A stretch of DNA of 63,423 nucleotides, counting the filler, from Folioceros fuciformis (taxonomy: Eukaryota): NCBI GenBank assembly GCA_049999805.1. It is 3 parts of 2 records of this genome, joined end to end, with 100 filler letters (N's around TTAATTAATTAA, not from the genome) between each part and the next. Parts side by side here need not be neighbours in the genome. Positions count along the whole stretch, not along the records: positions 1 to 14,939 come from JBNGIO010006132.1; positions 15,040 to 43,114 come from JBNGIO010006132.1; 1 more part is not named here. One strand, given 5' to 3'. The notes beneath the pieces are model-generated. The model made no database searches. It saw only the letters and a list, made by a program, of their open reading frames with translations, and had not been told where the DNA came from. A program made the translations under genes and the position numbers. This document shows, piece after piece, positions 13,235-24,329 of this stretch (position 1 is its first letter; each line of letters starts with the position of its first letter).

Positions 13235-13295
13235 TGCCCGCCTGCATGCCTGCCCGCCTGCCCGCCTGCTTGCCTGCCTGCCGGCCTGCTTGCCT
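13235..13295. repeat. Imperfect (GCCT/GCCC)n microsatellite
   Basis: gcccgcctgcatgcctgcccgcctgcccgcctgcttgcctgcctgccggcctgcttgcctg. Confidence 0.75.
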
Positions 13296-13548
13296 GAAAA
13301 ATTCACGACCCACGGTGAAGTCAGAGCAAATGCGGGAGCACCAGCGCGCTCGCCGGTAACAGCTGGACGCCTGGACAGGGGCATTGGAATGTGTGGTGGC
13401 AGATTCATGGCGAAAATCGTTTTAACAATTTTCTGTGGAATGAGGAACGGGAGTAGGTAGTGGCAGCGAGAAGAGGCACCCATGTGACAGGCCCATGTGA
13501 CGAGAGAGCGAGCAAAAGCCGAGTGAGTTTGTTCCGAGTGTACAGCCC

Positions 13549-13575
13549 GGGCCCAGGCCCAGGCCCAGGCCCAGG
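13549..13575. repeat. (GGCCCA)n hexamer run, matching site II (TGGGCC) elements on the minus strand
   Basis: gggcccaggcccaggcccaggcccagg; regulatory function is not shown. Confidence 0.6.
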
Positions 13576-14059
13576 ATGTGGCTCACATTCCATTCCACCC
13601 CGAAAGGTCTTTTGTCTTGAGGAAAACGATGCAGAGCCATATCCAATGTGCTTGGGGTGGGGCCGCCTCGACAGTTAGCCTGCGCCGGCCTCCCCACTCC
13701 GGGTGGGGAAGAAAGGAAGCAAGTATTTGTATCTATGTATGTATCTACTCCAACTAGTGGCGGACAGGAGTCACGTCCACGCCAGCCCAGCCGCTTGGAT
13801 GACTCCAAAACCCTGCACCATCACCGGGGCTGCTGTTGCTGCTGCTGCTGCTGCCCGAGACATGTGGAAACCTGAACCCGAGCCCCAACCGGAACCGGAA
13901 CCTGCTCCAGCGCACCTGGATGTTGTGTGGACCGGCAACGGCTCCTGCCTGCACCTGCGCCTGCGTGCCAAGTACGAAATTTCTGCTTGCGCATTTTTGC
14001 ACACGCACCTGGGATTCCTGGCCGACCATGACAACACTTTTATTCGTTCCATGAGCTGC

Positions 14060-14092
14060 AAGAAGAAGAAGAGGAGGAAGAAGAAGAAGAAG
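14060..14092. repeat. (AAG)n microsatellite
   Basis: aagaagaagaagaggaggaagaagaagaagaag. Confidence 0.8.
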
Positions 14093-14983
14093 TAGCATAA
14101 ACAGTCCAAACTACACACATACATATGTGTGTTGTAGTCCACTGGGATCCAAATTTTTCTTATCTTGCTTCTCGGTATCCAACACCTTGGCCTCTTTCCA
14201 GCTACGTCTCTTAACTGCGCTGCCATGTCTACAAGTGGACGATGCGTAAGAGCCAAGAGTTCTCCTGCGAGGGAGAGCCACAGTTTAGGGATTTGGGGGT
14301 TTGAGGGTTTGGGGATTCCGTTTCAGGCATCTCAATCCTGAGAGGCACTGTTTGTAGATGTGGGAAAGTGCTGGGACACACGTAGCTTTGGGGGTGTAAG
14401 GGACTTACCTTACTTTGGCGGTGGTGGACGGAGTGGTTGGAGGGCCTGGCCATGGAGGCGGGAGTTGGTGTGTGGCGGTGGCTTGCTCAGACGAGCTTTG
14501 GCTATGGACCACAACGCTAACAGTGACAGCTGTCACATGCACTCGTTTGCAGCTCACAGATGTTTGGAGGCCGGCGACAAGCCGTTTGGAGCCATAACTT
14601 AACCGGATACGGATGACAGAAAGAAGGAGTGAAGAAAGAAGGGAAGGTTCTGGACGTCAGGCATTGATAAGGGAGGCGAATCCCGGGGTCGCCCAGATTT
14701 CGCTGTGCGGACGAAACGAAACCCAGACGCTTTCGTTCCCAGCCAGAAGATGGGCTTCGCCAGGCCTGAAGTGCCTGCGCGCGGCGAAACCCCGCCGGCG
14801 AAATGCCCCTCCACGTGACCTAATTCCCAGGGCATCCCGCCCCCCTGGCGCCGACTGGCTGATGTGGCAAGGGCCATTCCCAGCCACATCATCTGCTCCC
14901 GGGCACGGGCCTTGGCCTCGGTTCCGGACCTGTAGCCCCNNNNNNNNNNNNNNNNNNNNNNNNNNNNNNNNNNNNNNNNNNNN

Positions 14984-14995
14984 TTAATTAATTAA
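14984..14995. other. Artificial scaffolding linker TTAATTAATTAA inside an N gap
   Basis: The 12-mer gives stops in all six frames and is centred in a 100-base gap. An identical one is at 43159-43170. Confidence 0.9.
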
Positions 14996-15039
14996 NNNNN
15001 NNNNNNNNNNNNNNNNNNNNNNNNNNNNNNNNNNNNNNN

Positions 15040-16323
15040 AACGCGGGCGCTGTGTGCCGGGATACGGACGCGGATGGCGTGACGGTGGAGCCGGTGGCGA
15101 GGCAGGTGGCGAGGCTTGTGTGCGAGAAGCAGGCCAAGGGCGTGGCGAGGCTGCTGGCCCGGGGAGACGGGAGCCTAGTACGGGATTTCTTCGCCGGGCA
15201 GGAGGGCCGGATTCGGCGATGGTTCGGGGCCTTCGCGGGCGGGGAGCTCGCGGAGCACCAGCTTGGGGCCAGGGCGCTTGCACGGTACGCTTTTGTACAC
15301 CGGGATACGTGCTGGGAGGAGCTGGAGTGGCAGGGGAAGGGAATTCGAGCGCAGGCGCCGGCTACCGTAGCGGCCAAGCCGCATTACTTCCGGGAGCTGG
15401 ATGTGGTGCGGACGGTGGAGAATTTCGTCCAGCGGGTGCCGGGCTTCTGGAGCTCGGACGAGCTCTGGGACTCGCTCAGGGACGGTGCCTTCGTCGCCTT
15501 GGACACTGAGTTCTTCGCGAAGGAGCTGCTGTGGCGGATGTTCAACTACAACTCCTCGCAGGCCTGGGAGCTTGTGAGGGAGTTTCTTGCGTCCGAAAGC
15601 TTCTCGGCCCTAGCTCGGCGCGTGCTGCCGCTAGTTAGGGATGCCGAGCTGCTCATGTTTGTGCACGATCTTGGTGGCGCTTCGATGTGTAGGGAAGAGG
15701 GCGGTAGCGCGCGCAGAAGCTGGCTGGAGCAGGGGATGGCCGCCGGAGTTCGGTGGAACTCCTTGGACGACCTCCTGGTGGCCAGCGCTTGCGCCTGCAA
15801 CGCGAGGGAGCTTCGGCAGCTTTTGATGGACGAAGAGCATCAGGAGAAGGCCGTTCTGGTTAAGCAGGCACTAGGGAGTTTGATGCAGACGACGGTACCA
15901 GACGCGGTGCGTCAGCACTGGGCTTTGAGGCTGGGCTTGGCAAGATCGCGGGACTGGAAGTCGTGGAAGTGGCTGGCTTTAGAAGCGTGGGTACTCTACA
16001 ACGAACTGACAGAGCAGGAAGAGCTCAGTGTCGTGGAATCCCTGCTTGCCGGCGTCGGGATTGTCTACCGACTACAAGAGATGTGGACTCCAGATCGCGA
16101 CTGTCAATCCAAGGATGCCAAGAAAAGGCACAAGAGAAGGAAGAGAACACTGTCTTCCGAACTACCAACCACTGCAGCTGGTGGCACAGCTACTTTCACT
16201 TGTTTCAGACTTTCTGTAGATAATTTTACAATGCCGTGGACAAAAGAGGATGTGGATCTATTTCTTACAGCCTACGCACTTGAGAAATGGTTGCCTACTA
16301 CCGTAGAAACTGCAGACCAGTAA
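15040..16323 (+). CDS. Conserved plant protein of unknown function (At5g48340-like); 5' end lost in the gap
   Basis: The ORF is open for over 420 codons. It carries the motif RALARYAFVHRDTCWEELEWQGK...PATVAAKPHYFRELDV..TVENF...VPGFWSS and a KKRHKRRKR basic patch. Confidence 0.85.
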   Translation, partial: NAGAVCRDTDADGVTVEPVARQVARLVCEKQAKGVARLLARGDGSLVRDFFAGQEGRIRRWFGAFAGGELAEHQLGARALARYAFVHRDTCWEELEWQGKGIRAQAPATVAAKPHYFRELDVVRTVENFVQRVPGFWSSDELWDSLRDGAFVALDTEFFAKELLWRMFNYNSSQAWELVREFLASESFSALARRVLPLVRDAELLMFVHDLGGASMCREEGGSARRSWLEQGMAAGVRWNSLDDLLVASACACNARELRQLLMDEEHQEKAVLVKQALGSLMQTTVPDAVRQHWALRLGLARSRDWKSWKWLALEAWVLYNELTEQEELSVVESLLAGVGIVYRLQEMWTPDRDCQSKDAKKRHKRRKRTLSSELPTTAAGGTATFTCFRLSVDNFTMPWTKEDVDLFLTAYALEKWLPTTVETADQ

Positions 16324-17054
16324 ATTTACTTGTGAATTAACCTCCAAAGTATGTGCTCGTGACCAAAGCTTCGACCACGAGCTCCCGGTCACGGAAAAGT
16401 ATTGTTTCAGGAACAAGTCAGGTTGCTTGACACCAGCGTGGCCTGTCTTACGAGGGAACCAGACCAGCAGCGCCCAACTAGAGACGAACACACAACTATC
16501 CATAGACAATTTAGACCAGTTGACACCAACGTTTGTAATGATTATTCTTCAGTCCATAACGGAAATTCGTCCTTACAGGACTGCAATAAAGTTATTCCCT
16601 TCCTTCTTTAAGAGCAGGAAGAGCGCAGCCCCACACAAGCAGAGAAGCAGAGGAGCTCGACCACTCCTTCACCGAAGTAATCCAAAGCCTCCGCATCCCG
16701 AGTCCTACTTACCAGTGTATGCGAGAGCTGGAGCTCGCACTGTAGAGCTCCTGCGGCCCACTCCGTACCGGGAAAGGAAGTCCGGTCTGAGGAGAGCACC
16801 CAAGTCCGACAGGACCTCTCCAGTCTCGACCTTCGAACCTCTTCAGCGGCACTCGCGAGCATAGACAAATATTGGAGTTGGCGTTTCAGCCAGTCATGGT
16901 GACCATGTGTGGGCGTTCTTGGGGGTCACCTTACATGTGTAGGTACATAATTATACACATAAGAATGAATGTGCATGGAGTTCGATGGAGTACCATATAA
17001 ATGAAGAATGATCACCTCTCAGGTTCTTGAAAAAAGCGGAATGATGGATACCTC

Positions 17055-18449
17055 CTACAGAATCCACAACCACCCGGCCACACATCCGAGGGCCAGTCCC
17101 AGGATGAGGAATAGAACCATAATCATGGATGCAGCTTCTGCATCCTTGACGGGGACATTCTTCGGGGCCGATATCATCAAGCAGGAACTTAGATATCCGT
17201 TGCTGACACCCAGCAGGGCAGTGAGAACAGCCACAGGAAGCTCAGCGCGCAGAGCTGCTGGTCCGTGGAGGAACGCTGCAAACAAAGGCAAGAAAAGGAC
17301 CCTGGCAACGCACGCCCCCATCACAACGGTGTCGTGCAGGGTATAGTACGAGGTAATGCTTTTCCCCACCAGATCGAACAGGTTGTAGAGGGTGACAAGC
17401 AGGATAGGGTACCAGTCCCCCAGTGCTTCCGACTTGACATCCTCTGTCAGGTACCCGGGGAAGATGGCCAAAGTAACCACATAGATGAGCACCAGGGAGG
17501 CAGCGAACCACTTCACCCTGCCGACAATCCGCTGAAAGGTCACGAGATCCGTCACCTTGTGGGAATCTCCGTGCACGACTATGGCAGCCTCCCGAGCTGC
17601 ATGCTCCACATTACCATTACTCGACCTGGGCTCACCGTCCAAGAGCAGACTGGTTGTTTCGAGCGACTTGGCACAGGACCGGTGGTACCTAATCACGGGA
17701 AGCTCGCCCACGACATTGTAGCCAACGATGCAGACAACGATGAACACCACGGCCACGATGAAGTATAGGTTCGCACTGGCTCGCAAGCCCTGGGGCGTCT
17801 GAGGATAAACAGCCTTCGTCGTGATGCGCAAAACGGACACCAGCACGCCTGAGGAGGACAGAAAGAAAGAAAGGCACAAATTCGTCACTCCTGAGACGAT
17901 CTGGCAAGCGCAGCACAGAGAAGAGCAACACTGGATTTGCTGACACTTACCAGAGCCTGCCGTCCCCGCTATCAGAGCTTGCAAGTAGCGCTCTGAGAGA
18001 TCGGCAGCGATGCCGAACAGACTGGCCTGGACCAAGGCATCGGCCACGCCGGTCGCCACCACGGCAACATTGGTGCTATAGTAGGTAGCGGCCACGCCTC
18101 TGCTGCCATCCTGAATCACCAGAGCGTCAAGAAGCGGGACCAGGACGATGGCGAGGAGGAAGATGCAGAAGCCGATGTTTATCCGCCAGAACGCGCTGTA
18201 GTGGCGGCCGAAGAGTGTGAGCAAGACGACGGCCAACAGCGTTGGCAGCATGTAGGTCACGGAAAAGACGCGGTCGATGTGCGTGCCCGGGTAGAGGAAA
18301 TCGAAGTAGTCCACAGCCGTAATAAACACGTTCCATGGCAGCAGGAATCCCAGTCCCAACAGGAAGAAGATCCAGTAAGCCGCATTGTATACATCCACAG
18401 GCGGCTCTTGTGGCTGCCCCGACTTCTCCAGCGCTCCCGCCTGCCCCAT
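17055..18449 (-). CDS. ENT1: Equilibrative nucleoside transporter (ENT1-like), 2 exons, intron 17849-17950, 430 aa
   Basis: Motifs include LGLGFLLPWNVFITAVDYF, AGTAGSGVLVS (after splicing), VTLAIFPG and LLGVSNGYLSSCLM, with many hydrophobic helices. Confidence 0.95.
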   Translation of the reverse strand: MGQAGALEKSGQPQEPPVDVYNAAYWIFFLLGLGFLLPWNVFITAVDYFDFLYPGTHIDRVFSVTYMLPTLLAVVLLTLFGRHYSAFWRINIGFCIFLLAIVLVPLLDALVIQDGSRGVAATYYSTNVAVVATGVADALVQASLFGIAADLSERYLQALIAGTAGSGKCQQIQCCSSLCCACQIVSGVTNLCLSFFLSSSGVLVSVLRITTKAVYPQTPQGLRASANLYFIVAVVFIVVCIVGYNVVGELPVIRYHRSCAKSLETTSLLLDGEPRSSNGNVEHAAREAAIVVHGDSHKVTDLVTFQRIVGRVKWFAASLVLIYVVTLAIFPGYLTEDVKSEALGDWYPILLVTLYNLFDLVGKSITSYYTLHDTVVMGACVARVLFLPLFAAFLHGPAALRAELPVAVLTALLGVSNGYLSSCLMISAPKNVPVKDAEAASMIMVLFLILGLALGCVAGWLWIL

Positions 18450-19139
18450 GGCCCTGAGCTGCTACGGAAGAATACTCTGAATACGCTTTTGGACCTCGGC
18501 TTTCATGCTCCCTGCCTCTTGGCCGCAGAAGAAGCCAGCCAGGGAGCAAAAAGGCTCTACGGAATTGCACAATTTTGTTATGGCAGATCTCTCAAAACAA
18601 AAAAGTAGAAGGATGAGGTCACAGTACATGCTAAGCCCTTGGCTTGATAAGGGCAAAGAAGGTTTCCTTCCCATCTTATCGCCCCTACAGGATAAAGCTC
18701 GTTTATTGGCGGCCTGGATGTGTGTTAAGGCCAAGCTACTAACAGTGGGTTCCTGCGGATACAGAATTTTTCATGCCCGTTGTGTTGTGGCTCAAGCCTC
18801 ATTCGCAACCAAGGCAAAATTGAACACAGTGTTCAACCAAGATAGATAGAAAAATAAGATGACTGCATACTTCTATGATCGTTTCAAACCATCCTCAAGC
18901 TGCCAACCCTCCTCAAGCTGCTAGCCAAACATAAGCCTCGCGAATGCACGAGATGCAGCGTTGCAAGACCTGTGGAGAAAACAAAATGGCTGAAAATGAA
19001 CCAGGCCTAGACCCAGTTCCAAGTCTCTCTGGTGATCTGCTGTGTACTATGAGATGCCTTGAGTAGCTTTGTGTAACTCTTCTCCCTCCTGAGTGCAAGG
19101 TGTTAAAAACCTGTACATGCGTTGCCACTCCTCCTTTCT

Positions 19140-19921
19140 TCACATGTCATCACTGTCAGACTCTGATGTGCCCTCTTCCTGAGGCTGCTGCAGCTGGAGC
19201 TGCTGCTGCTGCACGTGCTGCTGTACCAACACCTGCTGGGCCGCCATTTCCTGTTTCAGATTCTCCTCTCTCTCATACTCAGCCGTCAGACTCTTCATGT
19301 CCTTTGGTGTTGGTAAGCTGTATCCTTCACCGAAAGAGAGAGTTGATCTCATTGCCTTCGTAAACAGAGGATGTTCAGCAACTTCGAACGGAATCCCGTG
19401 CGCGTAGAAACACATAGCCCACTGCACATCCAGCTCCAGTTTCTCACGCGACCTGTTGCAGGACTCAACTGTTTCCACTGAGTATTCACTGGCTTCAGAG
19501 ACTCTGGCCTTGTGGCCTCTTTCCCGCTTTGCAACCTGAGCCCTGCCTGAGTGCTCGTCCTTCTGGGTGAAATGCGTCAGTACCTCACGGGGCACCTTCT
19601 TACAAGTGGTTATGCCTCGCTGGCCTGTGAATTCCAACATCAACACAGTTTCAGATGCTGGAGCCCCATCGCTTATCCGCCTCCATGCAATACATATGAC
19701 TGTAAAAGGACCTACCTTCTCTGCAACCTCTCAGGCGCTCTGAACGAGATTTGTTAGATGCAAACTGCCTCACCTGTCAGATGTGCCCGGATCCTTGTAG
19801 CTCCTCCGACAAATTCCTTGTTGCAATAAACACATCGGTTTCTCCGAGTGCTGTTCTTCGGAGTGCTCTCAGGAGGATCGAGCGGTATGACATGCTGCCA
19901 TTCATCTCCTCTTCTCCCCAT
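19140..19921 (-). CDS. BED zinc-finger protein derived from a hAT transposase N-terminus, 2 coding exons (19774-19921, 19140-19624), 210 aa
   Basis: The BED finger reads EWQHV...CVYCNKEFVGGATRIRAHLT|GQRGITTCKKVP across a GT-AG intron. The hAT-like segment WAMCFYAHGIPFEVAEHPLF...GYSLPT follows, then a Gln-rich and acidic tail. Confidence 0.85.
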
Positions 19922-22276
19922 TTGAAACTGTACAATCAGGAAGTCCAAAGCAAAAGATCAGTAACCATCTGAAAGCTTACCATTAATAAATGCACCACGG
20001 GAATCCAACACAAGCTCCTTAGCGACTTACAGACCGGAGACGACTAGCTAAACAGTAGAAAACCCATCAAAGCCACCTGAAAGATGGGATGAATTACGCA
20101 GATTTGAGCAAACGTTCCTTGGCTACACGGCAATACATAAGCATAATCCGACTACTGCTTCTCATTTTGCCCAACATGCTGCAGGAACTACGCCGTTCAC
20201 ACTAGTAAGGTAGGAAGCAGTTCCTCTACTGTGAGGACGAGGACCCTGAAAAGCAAACTGTCCATCCTTCGCTGAAATTCTGGTGATACAACCATTTCAC
20301 ACATGACACCTCGTGCTCATTCAAATGCCTCACTGCGTCTATGCTGTTGGACATCCAGAAAACCTTGAGTGTGAGGTATGCGCAATCGGTTATAACTGGC
20401 GAGGTGCGTAAAACTCAACAGAGAACCTATTTACTTGGAAAAAACCTAAATCCGCAATTGACAAGCTGCGCATGACCAGGTAGAGTGGTCCAGGGCCTGC
20501 CAAAGAGCAGAAAGCACAATGACAGAATCCTAACCCTTCAGTCCGACACAAAGGGATAACTTAGCCGGCCATACCTCTGGGCCTTCAGGTTGACACCAAC
20601 AAGATCTTAAAACCAGATTCAAACATCAAACACAGCACACCGCTAATCTGAACTAGATAACTTATGCAAACACAAATGCTACATGGAAACCTGGAAATAG
20701 AGACAAAGGTACAACAAAACACCTGAAGCAACCAGCGGTTGGAGCTCGTCGGATGATGCACGATGGCAACCGCGGCAAAAAATCGGCTCAACTCGGCGCT
20801 GACTACCAAAGTAATGCCGCCACCATCAACACATTTCAGCAGATGTGCCAACCACAGAAGCACAAAGGACGCGCCTTCACCACTGGTAGAGCCGCCGCAA
20901 TTCCCAACTTTGCAAAGAAAGCCCAGATGCATACAAACAAGCGACAGCTCAGAAGCATGTCCCTCCACAAGCACCTCCACACCGGGAAACCCTTGAGACT
21001 AGAGAAAAGGGACAGCAGATCACTCAACGCACAAGGGCCTGCCGTCTATCATTTCTGAGCAGCTGGTAGACACATAACCAAGCCACAACCAAGAACCTGA
21101 GAAGAAGAAGAGAGACCAACGGCTTCCAAAAGCTCTCTACTACGAATCCGGCACACGATGCCTCTTCACAATGAAGAAGAGCGGCAACCTAAACCCGAGT
21201 GAATCCCGCTCCCTCGCGTCCGGATTGCACTCTAGATTGTAAAAGGCCTCCCAGGAACATAACATAACACATCACAGCCGGCAGCCAGAAAAGCTTCACA
21301 GCTTCACACGTCGCAATCCATCACAATTGAACCCCCCACTGTGCGTGCCGTGCCACATCTGGCCTACGCTGCCGCATTCCACCAATCCACCCCAGGATCG
21401 CAGCGGATCACAACGGAGCCATCCGTTGCCGACGATTTCCGCAACCGCCAGGTCATTTACCCCAGCTTCTTTCCGCCGAGAGCAGGGCAGATCCTCGGGA
21501 CCAGGGAGCAGCAGGAAACACGCATGAACACCACCAATTCCGCAGTAGCAGCAACTGCTCCTCACAGATCGAGGCTGCAGCAATCTGCGGTGCTGGAACA
21601 AGACAATAAATTGCAATTCGAGGAACTGGCGGCGCAATTGGATCGCGAAAACAGGGGTTCAAGCTTGCGGCCGCCCCACTGTGCGCAGCTGCAATCCGCA
21701 ATCGGGAAAGAAAGACGGGAGTGCTACAGACGAGAAATGGGTCTACGCGTCGACACCCAAAGAGAGAGAAAACCGAGCCACAGCCCCGAACCTGATATTG
21801 AGGCTACCTCAGGAGATCCCGAGCCTTCGACGTGGATGCTAAGAGAGACACTCGACGCCGGACCCTAAAATTCAACCTAGACGTTTCTCCCTTCAGATTA
21901 CAAGTGTTAGAGCTATTATTTACAAGTATTACATACAGTACAGTCCATCGGTGGTACAGTGAATGGAAGTGTCCATGGTAATGGACTTGCCTAACCAACT
22001 GCTAAACCCTAGTAAGAAGGATAAACAAACGGTTACACAAGGTATGATCCTGGTGTGGTACGCACGCAACAGACTTAATAAGCTATTATCATTTCTTCTA
22101 CAAATTTCTCACACCGTTCCTCGAAGCCGGCCAAGCTCTTATCGCCTCGGCCCTGGCAGACCCTCAATGCATGGAAAGGAAGCAAGAAAATGTGATCGAA
22201 TGGTACACAAACATAGTTAGGAGGAAAACCAAAGAGCAGGATATTCTACTAAACAACCTGCAGGCTCTCGGATAAT

Positions 22277-23583
22277 CTAGTGGGTGCAATTCTTCGGCAA
22301 GTTTCTGATAACGTTGTTCTTGAGAGCAAGCCGACTTCTGATCACCTCGGCCCTGGCGGAGGGTCGCTTCCGCATCTCCTCCGCTTCCCTCCGAAAGCTT
22401 GGATTCGAAGTAGCAAGCCCCAAGCTCCGATACTTCGCAACAACTGCTTTCACAAGGGCATCCTCCGAGGGCCTTGGCCGTTGGCGATAATATCGGGCCA
22501 GCTCTCGAGAGCCGATGGTCTTTACCGTCTTCCCGTCGGCGGACTTCATGACCAGCTCAAGCCCTCCTGAGGTCAGGACAACAGGGGCTTCCATGTCGTG
22601 GGAAAGGGCTGAAGAGTTTATTCCTTCAACCATGTAGCTGCTGGTGAAATCGTAGTACTCTTCAAGCTCCTCATCTGCTTCTTCTTCATCACCGTCACCG
22701 TACCGTAACTTGCAGTGGCTCTTAGAGAGCATGTGTTTCCTCACAGCCTCCGTGCTATGAAAACGCTTGCCCCTGATGTCGCAGTAGAGGCACATATGGC
22801 CCTTAGTGACCTTGAGAGCGAGGTAAGAGAGGAGACCTTCGAGATCCATGAGATACTCAGAGTCTGGAATGAAGAATCCATGCGCTTTATGCATGTGCTC
22901 CACGCATCCTTCGACAGTCTCATCAGGCCTGAGATCGCAGAAAAAGCACTGCCTAACATCCCAGCTGACCTCCTCATCATCGTACTCGTCTTGTTCCTCC
23001 ACCGTCACATCATTCTCCACCACCTCCCCTTCGTCCTCTTCATCAACCTCTTCCCACTCATCCTCCTCAACACTGCTCGGTAATGATTTTCTCCACGTTC
23101 TTCTCTCATCTTCATCCTGCTCACCTGACAACTGCAGATAAATACACAACATCAACAGTACATCAAGATCGGGCACACAAGGAGGAAGTAAACGTTGCCA
23201 ACCGAAACGAGGAGTAGCAAAATCTTCACCTGACGAGCAGGAGCAGGAGCCGGAGCAGGTCTGATGACAGCCAAAACCCTTCCGGAAGGCTCCGCAGCCG
23301 TTTTTCTGGTATGAGACTTGGACTGCAGATGCTGCGCGTGCGCTTTCTCGGAGGCATACTCCTTCCCGCACGGGATACACTTATACAGCATCCGTTCATC
23401 ACTCTTGCGCTGCTTGGCCAAGGCATCTAAATTAAGATTGAACAACGCTTCGCTAACTCCCGGTACACCCGCTACCCTCCTCTGCAGATTGTAGCGGTGC
23501 CAATCAGACCTGTAGTGCGCCTTCTGCGTGGCCACATCTTGAAACACAGCGTTACAGCCGTTGCAGAAGTAGCCTTGCGTCAT
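22277..23583 (-). CDS. REIL: Cytoplasmic 60S biogenesis factor REI1-like (ZNF622 family), 2 exons (23230-23583, 22277-23131), 402 aa
   Basis: Motifs: CNGC...QKAHYRSDWHRYNLQRRVAGVPGV, CFFCD...HMHKAHGFFIPD and CLYC...AVRKHMLSKSHC. The C-terminus is IGSRELARYYRQ...NLPKNC. Confidence 0.95.
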
Positions 23584-24329
23584 GCCTCCAGATCAATCCT
23601 GCCTCAAACAATTGCCTTTCCTGAAGCAACAGGAACGGTGATGCTGTCTGCCCGCCTCCAAAACCGGTCGATGCACAAGTCTCGTCAAGTCCCTGTGTCA
23701 CCTCCGTTGCACGAACAACCCGAGCTTCGATAGCTTCTCCTCTTTCGTTCCCCCGCACTCCGGTGCCAGCAGGATGCCGAGCGCTCTGTGCCAGCAGGAT
23801 ACACAAAACTAGGGCAAAGTGCCACTCCCAACCGACACGGCTATCTCTAGTATTGGAAGAGTGATGGTTTTTGTCAACTCACCGAGTCTTTGTTTAAAAA
23901 CATTTTAAATAAAATAAAAGCGTTGCCTTGGAGAACGCGGCATAGTAACGCTCCCTTCCGCGTGTAAAAATGAGAGTGAACCACCCCTTCGAGATGATCT
24001 TTATCTAAGAATATTTACAATCAGAGTCTTTTATAGAATGCTTATAATAATAAAAATATTTTAATAATATTTATAATTTAATAATATCTATAACAAGAGT
24101 CAGGTCATCTGGTTATTGCCCTTTGGCTATGACCAGTTTGCTCTTAAGCTATCTATCCACAGCTAAGCTCCACCTCATGCAAGGAGATAATCATCTTTCA
24201 ATGTCCTCAAAACGTCTACCTATTTTTTTATAATCTATAATTTAGATATTACTAAAATAAAACAAAAAAATAATTTCTACTAAAAGAAAATTAGGAATCA
24301 AGCACACAACTCAAGGCAAGGAAACTGCT

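Noticed and set aside
13703-14256. Overlapping 110-160 aa ORFs with poly-A, PE and poly-K/F/L runs
   Set aside because: They arise from microsatellites and have no recognisable domain.
14984-14995. Palindromic TTAATTAATTAA seen twice in the window
   Set aside because: It is centred in N runs and is an artificial six-frame stop linker.
21341-21868. 175-aa plus-strand ORF
   Set aside because: It has no ATG start and no domain, and is probably the antisense of a GC-rich leader.
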